A DNA stretch of 64,000 bases from Alistipes sp. (GTDB lineage Bacteria; Bacteroidota; Bacteroidia; Bacteroidales; Rikenellaceae), in assembly GCA_045654345.1 (NCBI GenBank), contig JAZOND010000027.1, positions 19,889-83,888 on the forward strand, in the 5' to 3' direction. Positions 1 through 10,502 of the stretch are shown one piece after another. Each line of letters begins with the position of its first letter. Position 1 is the stretch's first letter. Position numbers and translations under genes: made by a program. The notes below the pieces were generated by a model that worked only from the letters and a program-made list of their open reading frames with translations, made no database searches and was not told where the DNA came from.

Positions 1-209
1 AGAGCAACTCTGCCACTCCACTACTCATTGATACAGAAGCTGTTACACAAACAGTCCCAGCAGCTGCAACCGAGGACTTGGACACACAGATTCGCCAGGC
101 TCAAGCCGATATGGAGCGTGCTGCCAAGAGCCTTGACTTCCTTGCCGCAGCTCGCTATCGCGACCTTATGCTCTCGCTCCAAAAGCAGAAAGAGGAGCAG
201 GGAAAATAG
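1..209 (+). CDS. uvrB: 3' end of excinuclease ABC subunit B (UVR domain), truncated by window edge
   Basis: Not in ORF track. Frame 3 reads ...QADMERAAKSLDFLAAARYRDLMLSLQKQKEEQGK*, a typical C-terminal UVR coiled coil. Stop TAG at 207-209. Confidence 0.8.
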   Translation, partial: SNSATPLLIDTEAVTQTVPAAATEDLDTQIRQAQADMERAAKSLDFLAAARYRDLMLSLQKQKEEQGK

Positions 210-348
210 TCCTAAAAAGAGACAGAAAACACCCAAAATGTACGAGTTACAACCCGCACATCGCATCTCTACACCCCTAACGACCAATCTGCAGAATAAT
301 ACAAAATAGGTTTTTTATACTACAAGACTAAATTTTAGTGTTTAGTTC

Positions 349-379
349 TTTGAACTACAAAGAAAAAGTATTATCTTTG
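349..379 (+). promoter_or_regulatory. Bacteroidota sigma-A promoter for lon operon
   Basis: TTTG (349-352), 19 nt spacer, TATCTTTG (372-379). Confidence 0.75.
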
Positions 380-431
380 TACGATTATAACTACGCCCGT
401 TTTTGTGGCTAAAAACTAATATTTCAGAGAG

Positions 432-2858
432 ATGAAAAAGAACGATAACGATATTTTATTTGACGATAAGGGCTTCCCTGCGGAGGCTGCTGATCGCAAG
501 TTTCAGGCTATTCCTATCGTTGCCGGTGATGATGACATTATCGAGAGCGTTAAGCTCCCCGAGACACTGCCTATCCTCACGCTGCGCAACTCTGTACTCT
601 TCCCGGGTGCAGTAACCCCTATTACCGTCGGCAGAGAGAAGAGCATCGCCCTTGTGCGTGCCGTAAATGCGGGTGACGGTCTGCTTGGTGCTGTGCTTCA
701 GCGCAATCCCGAGATTGAGACCCCTACACCGGACGATATGTACCGCATCGGTACGGCTGCGCGCATTCTCAAGATTCTTGAGATGCCGAATGGCAACCTT
801 ACCGTAATACTCTCTGGTCTTGAAAAGATTGAGGTGGGTGAGTATATCTCTACCGAGCCATTCTTCAAGGCTACCGTAACCACGCTGCTCGACTCTGCAC
901 CAGACAAGAACAACCCTGAGTTCAACGCCCTTGTTGAGGCTGTCAGGGAGACTGCGCTGCGCATTATCGACATATCGCCAACAATCCCTAAGGAGGCGAC
1001 ATTTGCCATTAAGAACATCGACTCTCACCGAGGCACGATTAACTTCATATGCTCAAACCTCGAGTTCTCTGACGACGACCGTCAGGCACTTCTTGAGGCT
1101 CCAGGTCTGCTGGCGCGCTCACGCAAGTTGCTCGAGATTCTTATCCGCGAGCAGCAGCTGCTTGAGCTCAAGCAGGAGATTCAAGAGAAGGTCAAGACCG
1201 AGATTGACAAGCAGCAGCGTGACTACTACCTCCAGCAGCAGATGCGCACCATTCAGGAGGAGTTGGGTGACGATGTAAATGGTGATGTTGAGAAGTTTCG
1301 CGAAGCTGCGAAGAAGAAGGTGTGGAAGAAGGAGATTGCCGAGCTCTTTGAGAAGGAGGTCTCTAAGCTCGAGCGTCTCAACCCTGCTATTGCCGAGTAC
1401 TCAATACAGATGACATACCTCCACCTGATGCTCGACCTTCCGTGGGATGAGGTTACTAAGGATAACCTCGACCTCGGTTGCGCACGCGAGCAGCTCGATG
1501 CCGACCACTTTGGCCTTGAGGAGGTTAAGGATCGTATTCTCGAGCACCTGGCCGTAATCAAACTCAAGGGCGATTTGAAGTCGCCAATCCTCTGCCTCTA
1601 TGGCCCTCCGGGAGTAGGCAAGACCTCGTTAGGTAAGAGCGTGGCTACTGCGCTGGGGCGTAAGTTTGGTCGTATTGCCCTCGGTGGTCTGCACGACGAG
1701 TCTGAGATTCGTGGTCACCGCCGCACATATATCGGAGCTATGCCTGGTCGAGTAATTGAGACCATCAAGCGTTGCGGCTCGTCAAACCCTGTCATCATCC
1801 TCGACGAGGTAGACAAGATGACCGTATCTAACCACGGCGACCCATCATCTGCCCTGCTCGAGGTGCTCGACCCTGAGCAGAACACCACCTTCCACGACAA
1901 CTATCTGGACATTGAGTACGATTTGTCTAAGGTGCTGTTTATTGCTACGGCAAACGACATCTCGGCTATCAACCCTGCGTTGCGTGACCGTATGGAGCTG
2001 ATTAATATCTCGGGATACATCCTCGAGGACAAGATACAGATTGCCCAGAAGCACCTTATCTCAAAGCAGAGCGAGGCTCACGGCTTGCGCGAGGGTGATA
2101 TGATTCTCTCTACAGAGGTGTTGCAGAAGATTATATCTGACTACACCCGTGAGTCGGGCGTACGCTCGCTGGATAAGAATATTGCCAAGCTGGCTCGCCA
2201 TCGTGCAAAGAATATCGCCTTTGAGGAGGAGTATACACCAGAGATTTCGGCTGCCGATATTGAGAAGATACTCGGCAAGCCTAAGTATATCAACGACCAA
2301 TATGAGATTAAGGATATGGTCGGCGTAGTTACAGGTCTTGCGTGGACTGCTGTGGGTGGTGACATACTTTACATCGAGTCACTACTGACCCCGGGCAAGG
2401 GCAAGCTCTCGCTGACAGGTAACCTTGGCGATGTGATGAAGGAGTCGGCAACAATCGCCTACGAGTGGGTTATGGCACATCACGCAGAGTTAGGCATTGA
2501 TCCTACAATGTTTGAGAAAAACGATCTTAACATCCACGTACCAGAGGGTGCTGTGCCGAAGGATGGCCCGAGTGCAGGTATTACAATGATAACCTCGATA
2601 GTATCAACATTCACAGGTCGAAAGGTTACAGAGCGCATAGCTATGACGGGCGAGACCACTCTGCGCGGTCGTGTAACCCCTATCGGTGGCGTTAAGGAGA
2701 AGGTGCTTGCTGCCAAGCGTGCAGGCATCACCACTATCCTTATTCCTGAGGACAACCGCAAGGATGTGGAGGAGATTAAGCCTGAGTATGTAGCAGGTAT
2801 TACCTTCCACTATGTTAAGACCAATGAACAAGTATTAGAACTTGCTCTCCAAAAATAG
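432..2858 (+). CDS. lon: ATP-dependent Lon protease
   Basis: LON N-domain, Walker A GPPGVGKT, Walker B ILDEVDK, catalytic PKDGPSAG and downstream Lys (GGVKEK). Confidence 0.97.
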   Translation: MKKNDNDILFDDKGFPAEAADRKFQAIPIVAGDDDIIESVKLPETLPILTLRNSVLFPGAVTPITVGREKSIALVRAVNAGDGLLGAVLQRNPEIETPTPDDMYRIGTAARILKILEMPNGNLTVILSGLEKIEVGEYISTEPFFKATVTTLLDSAPDKNNPEFNALVEAVRETALRIIDISPTIPKEATFAIKNIDSHRGTINFICSNLEFSDDDRQALLEAPGLLARSRKLLEILIREQQLLELKQEIQEKVKTEIDKQQRDYYLQQQMRTIQEELGDDVNGDVEKFREAAKKKVWKKEIAELFEKEVSKLERLNPAIAEYSIQMTYLHLMLDLPWDEVTKDNLDLGCAREQLDADHFGLEEVKDRILEHLAVIKLKGDLKSPILCLYGPPGVGKTSLGKSVATALGRKFGRIALGGLHDESEIRGHRRTYIGAMPGRVIETIKRCGSSNPVIILDEVDKMTVSNHGDPSSALLEVLDPEQNTTFHDNYLDIEYDLSKVLFIATANDISAINPALRDRMELINISGYILEDKIQIAQKHLISKQSEAHGLREGDMILSTEVLQKIISDYTRESGVRSLDKNIAKLARHRAKNIAFEEEYTPEISAADIEKILGKPKYINDQYEIKDMVGVVTGLAWTAVGGDILYIESLLTPGKGKLSLTGNLGDVMKESATIAYEWVMAHHAELGIDPTMFEKNDLNIHVPEGAVPKDGPSAGITMITSIVSTFTGRKVTERIAMTGETTLRGRVTPIGGVKEKVLAAKRAGITTILIPEDNRKDVEEIKPEYVAGITFHYVKTNEQVLELALQK

Positions 2859-2865
2859 TTTGAGT

Positions 2866-3618
2866 ATGAAGTACATTGCGATCATCCCAGCTCGCTATGC
2901 GAGTACAAGATTTCCTGCAAAGCCTCTTGCAGTATTGGGAGGTAAAACCGTTATCCAGCGCGTATATGAGCAGGTGGCAGGCGTGCTTGACGATGCCGTT
3001 GTGGCCACAGACAACCAGCGTATATATGATGCCGTGAAGGCCTTTGGCGGCAAGGTTGAGATGACATCAACCACCCACCGCAGTGGTACAGACCGCTGCT
3101 GGGAGGCATACTGCAAGCAGGGCAATCAGTACGATGTGGTTATCAATGTGCAGGGCGACGAGCCATTTATCCAGCCATCGCAGTTGGAGGCTCTCAAGGC
3201 GTGCTTTGCAGATCCAAATACCGACATTGCAACCCTCGTAAAGCCATTCTCGGCAGATGACGACATTGCTGCACTTGAGAATCCGAACTCGCCTAAGGTG
3301 GTGGTGGACAGCTCTATGCACGCGTTATACTTCTCTCGCTCGGTAATTCCATACTTGCGCGGAGTAGATAAAAGCGAGTGGCTCAAGAAGCATACATTCT
3401 ACAAGCATATCGGCATCTATGGCTTTAGAGCAGAGGTACTGAAGGCTGTAACATCTCTGCCGCAGTCATCACTCGAGCTTGCAGAGTCACTCGAGCAGCT
3501 TCGTTGGCTTGAAAATGGGTATAAGATTGGCGTAGGCATCTCTGATGTTGAGACTATCGGCATCGACACCCCCGAGGACCTTGCTCGCGCTGAGGAGTTC
3601 TTGAAGAGTCTTAAATAA
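2866..3618 (+). CDS. kdsB: 3-deoxy-manno-octulosonate cytidylyltransferase
   Basis: IIPARYASTRFPAKPL, NVQGDEP, HIGIYGF, LEQLRWLENG. Start reset to ATG 2866. Confidence 0.95.
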   Translation: MKYIAIIPARYASTRFPAKPLAVLGGKTVIQRVYEQVAGVLDDAVVATDNQRIYDAVKAFGGKVEMTSTTHRSGTDRCWEAYCKQGNQYDVVINVQGDEPFIQPSQLEALKACFADPNTDIATLVKPFSADDDIAALENPNSPKVVVDSSMHALYFSRSVIPYLRGVDKSEWLKKHTFYKHIGIYGFRAEVLKAVTSLPQSSLELAESLEQLRWLENGYKIGVGISDVETIGIDTPEDLARAEEFLKSLK

Positions 3619-3645
3619 CAGAAAAAACCTAAAAAAGATACAACT

Positions 3646-5466
3646 ATGAAGAAGACCTTTTTAGTACTGCTTGCAGCAGTCGCGCTTTTCACCACCGCAA
3701 ATGGACAGTGGAAGATTGCCGGAGATAAGATTCGCACCACTTGGGCAGAGGAGGTTGATCCGAACAATGTTCTTGCCGAGTATCCTCGTCCGCAGCTTGA
3801 GCGTAGCCATTGGATGAACCTCAACGGCTTGTGGAACTACGCCATTACAGATCTCAAGGCTGCAAAGCCTGCGACATTTGACGGTCAGATTCTTGTTCCG
3901 TTTGCTGTAGAGTCTGCTCTCTCTGGCGTACAAGGTAGAGTTACAAAGGACAATCTGCTCTGGTATGAGCGCACCTTTACAGTTCCGTCAAAGTGGGCTG
4001 GTCAGCGCATTATGCTCAACTTCGGCGCAGTAGACTGGAGTGCCGAGGTATATGTAAACGATATTCTTGTGGGTAACCACACAGGTGGCTATGCTCCATT
4101 CTCTATGGATATCACCGAAGCCCTGAAGAAGGGCGAGCAGCACATAGTTGTTCGCGTATGGGACCCAACAGACAGCGTACACAACCCTGTGGGCAAGCAG
4201 CGTCTGAACCCAAGTGGCATCTGGTACACAGCTGTATCAGGCATCTGGCAGACCGTTTGGCTCGAGCCTGTATCTAAGACCAACCACATCGAGGGCATTA
4301 CTACCAACTGCGACATTGAGCGTGGCGAGTTGTTTGTAGAGACCGCTTGTGCAAATACAAGTGGCACAATTAAGATCGAGGTTAAGGACGGTGATAACAC
4401 CGTATGCAGTGCCTCTGTATTCTGCGGCGTGCGTGCAACACTGCCTATTGAGCAGCCTAAGTTCTGGAGCCCTGACACTCCGCACCTCTACACCCTGAAC
4501 ATCTCCCTTGTTGAGAATGGCAAGGTTGTAGATAGCGTAAACTCATATGCCGCTATGCGTAGCTTCTCAACTCTGCGCGACAGCCAGGGTCACAAGCGCA
4601 TTACCCTTAACGGCAAGCCTATATTTATGTACGGCCCGCTGGATCAGGGTTGGTGGCCTGACGGACTCTACACCGCCCCTACCGATGAGGCGTTGCTGAG
4701 CGACATTAAGCTGACTAAGGAGCTGGGCTTCAACACTATTCGTAAGCATATCAAGGTTGAGCCTGCACGCTGGTACTACCACTGCGACCGCGAGGGTATT
4801 ATCGTATGGCAGGATATGCCTTGCCTTGCTCTCTATCCAAACGACAACAAGGGCGGCTGGGGTCGCAATAACATTGGTGGCGGTAGTGACTCGCCAGCCT
4901 CTCGTGAGGAGAAGAGCCGCTACTACAAGGAGTGGGCAGAGATTATGGATGCGCTCCGCTTCTTCCCGTCTATCGGCGTATGGGTGCCATTCAACGAGGC
5001 GTGGGGTCAGTTTGACACCGAGACAGTAGCTGATTGGACATCGGCTAACGACCCAACAAGACTTGTAAATGCTGCAAGTGGTGGTAACCTGCGTCTTTGT
5101 GGTCACATTCTTGATATTCACAATTATCCTGCCCCTGCAATGCCATTCCACAGCTCTGAGTTTGTGGTTGTGCTGGGCGAGTATGGCGGTATTGGCTACC
5201 CTATTAAGGATCACCTCTGGTGGAACAAGCGCAACTGGGGTTATATCCAGTTTAACAACACCGACGAGGTTACTGCCGAGTATGTAAAGTATGCCACACA
5301 GCTCAAGGAATTTATCCCTCAGGGTATGTCGGCAGCAATCTACACTCAGACCACCGATGTGGAGGGTGAGGTTAACGGCTTTGTGACCTACGACCGTAAG
5401 GTAACCAAGATGGATAAGGCAAAGGTCAACGCCATCAACACAGAGATTATCAATCTGTTAAAGTAA
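3646..5466 (+). CDS. Glycoside hydrolase family 2, secreted (beta-galactosidase-like)
   Basis: Signal peptide, WMNLNGLW, FGAVDW, RKHIKVEP, acid/base FNE, nucleophile GEYGG. Confidence 0.85.
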   Translation: MKKTFLVLLAAVALFTTANGQWKIAGDKIRTTWAEEVDPNNVLAEYPRPQLERSHWMNLNGLWNYAITDLKAAKPATFDGQILVPFAVESALSGVQGRVTKDNLLWYERTFTVPSKWAGQRIMLNFGAVDWSAEVYVNDILVGNHTGGYAPFSMDITEALKKGEQHIVVRVWDPTDSVHNPVGKQRLNPSGIWYTAVSGIWQTVWLEPVSKTNHIEGITTNCDIERGELFVETACANTSGTIKIEVKDGDNTVCSASVFCGVRATLPIEQPKFWSPDTPHLYTLNISLVENGKVVDSVNSYAAMRSFSTLRDSQGHKRITLNGKPIFMYGPLDQGWWPDGLYTAPTDEALLSDIKLTKELGFNTIRKHIKVEPARWYYHCDREGIIVWQDMPCLALYPNDNKGGWGRNNIGGGSDSPASREEKSRYYKEWAEIMDALRFFPSIGVWVPFNEAWGQFDTETVADWTSANDPTRLVNAASGGNLRLCGHILDIHNYPAPAMPFHSSEFVVVLGEYGGIGYPIKDHLWWNKRNWGYIQFNNTDEVTAEYVKYATQLKEFIPQGMSAAIYTQTTDVEGEVNGFVTYDRKVTKMDKAKVNAINTEIINLLK

Positions 5467-5484
5467 AATATATAACACTATTTT

Positions 5485-6237
5485 ATGAAGCCAATATTTA
5501 TTGCAGGCCCGTGCGTAATCGAGAGCGCAGAGTGTCTCGACGCGGTAGCCGAGCGTATAGTAGATATAAACAATCGACTTGGCGTAGATATTATCTTCAA
5601 GTCGTCATTTGACAAGGCAAATCGCACCTCTATCTCGTCGTATCGCGGTGTAGGCATTGAGAAGGGATTGCAGATGCTCTCTGACATCAAGAGCAAGTGG
5701 GGCCTAAAGACCCTTACAGACATACACGAGGCTTGGCAGGCAGAGGCTGCAGGTCAGGTTGTAGATGTGCTGCAGATACCAGCATTCCTCTGTCGTCAGA
5801 CCGACCTGCTCGTTGCAGCAGCCAAGACCGGCAAGAGTGTAAACATCAAGAAGGCTCAGTTCCTCTCGGGTGTAGATATGCAGTATCCGTATCAGAAGGC
5901 TATTGAGTCGGGTGCTACCGATGTGTGGCTTACTGAGCGTGGAAATAGCTTTGGATACAACAACCTTGTTGTTGACTTCCGCAATATCCCCGATATGCTC
6001 GCTATCTCTCCGCGCGTAATTATGGACTGCACCCACTCTGTTCAGCGACCAGGTGCTGCGGGTGGTAAGACAGGTGGTAATCGCGAGTATGTACCGGCTA
6101 TGGCTCTTGCAGCAAAGGCTTTTGGTGCAAACGGTTACTTCTTTGAGGTACACCCCGATCCGGACAATGCGTTGAGCGACGGACCAAATATGCTCTGCCT
6201 TGACAATCTTGAGAATGTTGTAAAATCATTATTATAA
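5485..6237 (+). CDS. kdsA: KDO 8-phosphate synthase
   Basis: AGPCVIES, KSSFDKANRTS, QIPAFLCRQTDL, DCTHSVQRP. Confidence 0.96.
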   Translation: MKPIFIAGPCVIESAECLDAVAERIVDINNRLGVDIIFKSSFDKANRTSISSYRGVGIEKGLQMLSDIKSKWGLKTLTDIHEAWQAEAAGQVVDVLQIPAFLCRQTDLLVAAAKTGKSVNIKKAQFLSGVDMQYPYQKAIESGATDVWLTERGNSFGYNNLVVDFRNIPDMLAISPRVIMDCTHSVQRPGAAGGKTGGNREYVPAMALAAKAFGANGYFFEVHPDPDNALSDGPNMLCLDNLENVVKSLL

Positions 6238-6240
6238 ATT

Positions 6241-7200
6241 ATGAATAGTAGAGATTTAATCCTCGATGTGGCGAAGGATGCCCTGCAGACCGAGGCCGAT
6301 GCGTTACTCAGAATAAAGAATGATCTGGGTGAGGAGTTTGTGCGTACAGTACAGACCATCTTGGCGTGTAATGGTAAGGTCATAATGACCGGTATGGGCA
6401 AGAGTGGCCTTGTGGCAAAGAAGATTGCCGCAACACTTGCCAGCACAGGTACACCGAGCTTCTATATGCACCCAGGAGAGGCCTTTCACGGCGATTTAGG
6501 CATGATTTCTAAGGGTGATGTTGTGGTTGCCCTCTCATACTCTGGCGAGACCGATGAGGTGCTTAAAATCGTGCCATTTATCCTCGACAACGGCAATCCG
6601 CTTATCTCAATGACGGGAAACAGCAACTCATCACTTGCTAAGAACTCGAACATACACCTCGATGTGCGCGTAGAGCGTGAGGCTTGCATACTCAAGCTCG
6701 CTCCGACAACCTCTACCACAGCTCAGCTGGCTATGGGTGATGCTCTGGCTTGCTCGCTGATGAAGGTGCGCGAGTTTACATCTATGGACTATGCGCGACT
6801 CCACCCAGGTGGTAGCCTTGGTCGTCGACTGCTTATGCGCGTGGGTAATGTTATGCACCGCACAGAGCTGCCTATAGTAGACGAAAACTGCTCTGCTATC
6901 GAGATGATTCAGCGCATCTCTCAGGGCGGTCTGGGTCTGATTATCATCTGCCGCGATAAGGAGATACTTGGCATTGTAACAGATGGAGATGTGCGTCGAG
7001 CAATGGAGAGCCGTCAGGCCGATTTTTTCAACATCAGCCCGATGGATATCGCCTCAAAGTTGCCTAAGATGATTCACCCTGAGGAGAAGCTTATTGAGGC
7101 TGAGAAGATGATGACTCAGCACAAGATTAACTCTCTGCTTGTAGTGGACAATGACAAGCACCTTGTGGGCGTAATTCAGATTTACGACATCAAACTATAA
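6241..7200 (+). CDS. kdsD: Arabinose-5-phosphate isomerase (KpsF/GutQ family, SIS + 2 CBS)
   Basis: GMGKSG, HPGEAFHGDLG, LAPTTST, HPGGSLG, C-terminal CBS pair; adjacent to kdsA. Confidence 0.93.
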   Translation: MNSRDLILDVAKDALQTEADALLRIKNDLGEEFVRTVQTILACNGKVIMTGMGKSGLVAKKIAATLASTGTPSFYMHPGEAFHGDLGMISKGDVVVALSYSGETDEVLKIVPFILDNGNPLISMTGNSNSSLAKNSNIHLDVRVEREACILKLAPTTSTTAQLAMGDALACSLMKVREFTSMDYARLHPGGSLGRRLLMRVGNVMHRTELPIVDENCSAIEMIQRISQGGLGLIIICRDKEILGIVTDGDVRRAMESRQADFFNISPMDIASKLPKMIHPEEKLIEAEKMMTQHKINSLLVVDNDKHLVGVIQIYDIKL

Positions 7201-7233
7201 CCATTCCAACCGTAACCTAAAAACACAATAATA

Positions 7234-8670
7234 ATGGGCCTACTTAGTTTCTTTAACCCTCCGGCTAAAAAGCCACAAATTGCAAAAGAGAAGATCGACA
7301 AAGAGTATAAGCAGATGCGTCTGAAGGTATTCCTCGGAATTTTCCTCGGCTATGCTGCATACTATCTTGTCCGCAAAAACCTGTCACTTGCTGCTCCGGG
7401 AATGATTGAGCAGGGACTTATCGACAAGGCTGGCGTAGGTATCGCTATGTCGGGTATTCCGATTGCTTATGCTTTCAGTAAGTTCCTTATGGGCAGTCTG
7501 TCTGATCGCTCAGATGCACGTAAGTTTATGACCGTTGGTCTTGTGCTCTCATCATTAGTGATGATTATAGCGGGCGTTATCAACTACCCAATGGGAGCCA
7601 ATGGCAACTATGGCGTAACCACTTGGGTGATGTTTGGCTTTATGCTGCTTGCAGGTTGGTTATCGGGTATGGGTTGGCCTCCGTGTGGTCGTGTGCTGGC
7701 ACATTGGTTCTCGACAAATGAGCGTAGCTTTAAGATGTCGGTATGGAATACGGCTCACAATGTAGGTAACGGTACGTTAGGCGTGCTTATTCCGCTCGGA
7801 ATTATAATATTCACAGCCTTTGGCATTGGCGAGACTTGGCGTGCTGCCTTTATTGCACCTGCTGTTGTGGCAATGCTCTTTGCGATATACTGCTGGTGGA
7901 CTATTCGTGACACACCAGAGTCGTGCGGTCTGCCACCAATTGAGCAGTATAGGAATGACTACTCAGGTGCAAAGACAGCTGCGGGTGAGGAGGATAAGAT
8001 TCCGTTCCGCCGTCTGTTTGTAGACTATATCTTTAAGAATAAGATGCTCTGGCTCATCGGTTTTGCCAATGTATTTATCTATTTTATCCGCTATGGTGTT
8101 GCCGACTGGTCTCCGACATATCTTACCGAGACCTTTAAGTGGGATGATGAGTCTGCATCATTTGCATTTGCAATTTTTGAGTATGCAGGTATCCCTGGTA
8201 CTATCCTCGGTGGCTGGATCTCGAGCAAGTTCTTCAATGGCCGTTGTGCTCCTATCAATGTGCTGTTTATGATTGCCGTGGTGCTGGGTATATTTATGTA
8301 TTGGCAGGCAGATGTCATCTCGGCATTTACCACCATTCCTATTAAGTGGATTATCTACTCATCACTCGCCCTTGTGGGTGGTGCTGTATATGCTCCTGTG
8401 GCTATGATTGGCATTCAGGGTCTTGCGTTGGTGCCTAAGAATGCTGCTGGCACTGTTGCAGGTTTCTTGAGTCTGTTTGGTTATCTATTTGGTGATGCTA
8501 TACTATCGAAGATTGTCTTGGGTCGCATCCTCAATCAGGGAGACTTTGCTTGGAATACCGCCTTCTGGATCTTTATTATCGGCTCTACCATATCTATTGT
8601 CGTTTGCGCCTTTGCGTGGAACAGAGAGAAAAAGACTATGGAGGAGCGTATTGCTGCTGCAAATAAGTAA
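7234..8670 (+). CDS. MFS organophosphate:phosphate antiporter (GlpT/UhpT/PgtP family)
   Basis: YYLVRKN, GSLSDRS, GMGWPPC, ER..MSVWNTAHNVG, RYGVADWSP; about 12 TM segments. Confidence 0.88.
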   Translation: MGLLSFFNPPAKKPQIAKEKIDKEYKQMRLKVFLGIFLGYAAYYLVRKNLSLAAPGMIEQGLIDKAGVGIAMSGIPIAYAFSKFLMGSLSDRSDARKFMTVGLVLSSLVMIIAGVINYPMGANGNYGVTTWVMFGFMLLAGWLSGMGWPPCGRVLAHWFSTNERSFKMSVWNTAHNVGNGTLGVLIPLGIIIFTAFGIGETWRAAFIAPAVVAMLFAIYCWWTIRDTPESCGLPPIEQYRNDYSGAKTAAGEEDKIPFRRLFVDYIFKNKMLWLIGFANVFIYFIRYGVADWSPTYLTETFKWDDESASFAFAIFEYAGIPGTILGGWISSKFFNGRCAPINVLFMIAVVLGIFMYWQADVISAFTTIPIKWIIYSSLALVGGAVYAPVAMIGIQGLALVPKNAAGTVAGFLSLFGYLFGDAILSKIVLGRILNQGDFAWNTAFWIFIIGSTISIVVCAFAWNREKKTMEERIAAANK

Positions 8671-8672
8671 TT

Positions 8673-10502
8673 ATGTATAAGAGTCTTAGAGATTATATCG
8701 CGGCACTTGAGGCTGCTGGGGAGCTGATACGCATATCTGCGCCCGTGACAAGTGTATACGAGATTGCAGAGCTTACAGACCGTCAGGCCAAGAGCGCGGG
8801 CGGAGGTAAGGCGTTGTTTTTTGAGAATACCGACAGTGCATTCCCTGTGATAACAAATATGATGGGCTCTTGTCGTCGTATATCGCTGGCATTAGGGGTT
8901 GATAAGCCCGAGGATATAACCACTCGCATAGACTCGCTACTGAAGCAAGTTACAACACCCAAGGACTCGATTGCTGACAAACTGAGTATGCTGCCGCTAT
9001 TGGCGGAGGTGTCTAAATGGTTTCCCAAGAAGCTCAAGCGTCGTGGAGCGTGTCAGCAGGTAGTTCTGCAGGGCGAGGATGCGTCGTTAGACAAGCTGCC
9101 GATACTCAAGAGCTGGGGCTGCGATGGTGGTCGTTTTGTTACACTACCGATGGTAAATACCCTCGATCCGCAAACAGGTGTTCGTAATGTTGGTATGTAC
9201 CGTATGCAGGTCTTTGACAGCCACACTACGGGTATGCATTGGCATCGTCATAAGACAGGTGCGCGCCACTACGACGGCTACAAGGCAGCAGGCAAGATTA
9301 TGCCCGTATCTGTAGCTATCGGTGGTGATCCTACCTACACCTATGCCGCAACGGCCCCGATGCCCGACAATATGGACGAGTATCTGTTGGCTGGTTTTCT
9401 GCGTCGTAAGCCCGTAAAGTTGGTCAAGTGTATTACAAACGACATATATGTACCTGAGGACTGCGACTTTGTCATCGAGGGCTATGTAGACCCAGCAGAA
9501 CCGCTGGCAGTAGAGGGCGACTTTGGCGACCATACGGGTTTCTACTCGCTCAAAGACCTCTACCCTCGCTTTCACATCACAGCAATTACCCATCGCAAAG
9601 ATGCAGTATACCCTGCAACCGTAGTTGGTGTACCTCCTCAGGAGGATGCCTATATATCTATAGCCACAGAGCGAATCTTCCTTGCGCCTATACGCCTTGT
9701 TATGCAGCCCGAGATTGTCGATATGACAATGCCTGCAGCCGGAACATCGCACAACATCGCCATCATCTCTATCAGCAGCCGCTACAAGGGTCAAGCCACA
9801 AAGGTCACTCAAGGTATGTGGAGCGCAGGACAGATGATGTTTAACAAGTATCTTGTCCTCACCCCACCGACCACGGTTGTTCGTGACAGTGATCAGATAG
9901 CTCAGTTGCTGCGAAATTGCGACCCTAAGAGCGCAGTTATTCGCGGAGAGGGCATCTACGATGTGCTTGACCACGCCACTGCTACTTGTGGCTATGGTGG
10001 TAAGTTGGCCCTAAACCTCACCGAGGTGGTTGATAATAATCGTAAAGCTTCTGTTGCCGACAATATACTCCTTCCAGAGGGGGTAACTATGCGTACTGAC
10101 CTTGTCGAGAGGTGGAGCACTCTGCTGCTCTTTGCCGACAACAATGCAGCGGTAGATATTGCCTCTATCGCCAAGCAGAGGGGTGTTGAGTGCAACTTTA
10201 TAGTCCTTTTTGACACTCGCGCAAGTGAGCTTAGCGGAGAGGATCTATTGTGGATTGCTGCAGCAAATACAGACCCGAGCCGCGACATAGCCCTTGCTGA
10301 GGGAAAACTCACCATTGATGCCCGTGCCAAGGTGCCAGGGGCTGAGGGTAACCCTCGACGCTTCCCTAATGTGGTTACCTCGACAGAGGATGTTATCGAC
10401 CTTGTCGATAGTCGCTGGAGCGAATATGGTATAGGCGATTTTATCGCATCGCCTTCGCGAGTATACCGCAAGTTATTACTTTCTGACAGAGCTGAGTGGT
10501 AA
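8673..10502 (+). CDS. UbiD-family decarboxylase (menaquinone biosynthesis decarboxylase-like)
   Basis: NVGMYRMQ, EGDFGDHTGFY, HATATCGYGGKL, DARAK motifs. Confidence 0.88.
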   Translation: MYKSLRDYIAALEAAGELIRISAPVTSVYEIAELTDRQAKSAGGGKALFFENTDSAFPVITNMMGSCRRISLALGVDKPEDITTRIDSLLKQVTTPKDSIADKLSMLPLLAEVSKWFPKKLKRRGACQQVVLQGEDASLDKLPILKSWGCDGGRFVTLPMVNTLDPQTGVRNVGMYRMQVFDSHTTGMHWHRHKTGARHYDGYKAAGKIMPVSVAIGGDPTYTYAATAPMPDNMDEYLLAGFLRRKPVKLVKCITNDIYVPEDCDFVIEGYVDPAEPLAVEGDFGDHTGFYSLKDLYPRFHITAITHRKDAVYPATVVGVPPQEDAYISIATERIFLAPIRLVMQPEIVDMTMPAAGTSHNIAIISISSRYKGQATKVTQGMWSAGQMMFNKYLVLTPPTTVVRDSDQIAQLLRNCDPKSAVIRGEGIYDVLDHATATCGYGGKLALNLTEVVDNNRKASVADNILLPEGVTMRTDLVERWSTLLLFADNNAAVDIASIAKQRGVECNFIVLFDTRASELSGEDLLWIAAANTDPSRDIALAEGKLTIDARAKVPGAEGNPRRFPNVVTSTEDVIDLVDSRWSEYGIGDFIASPSRVYRKLLLSDRAEW

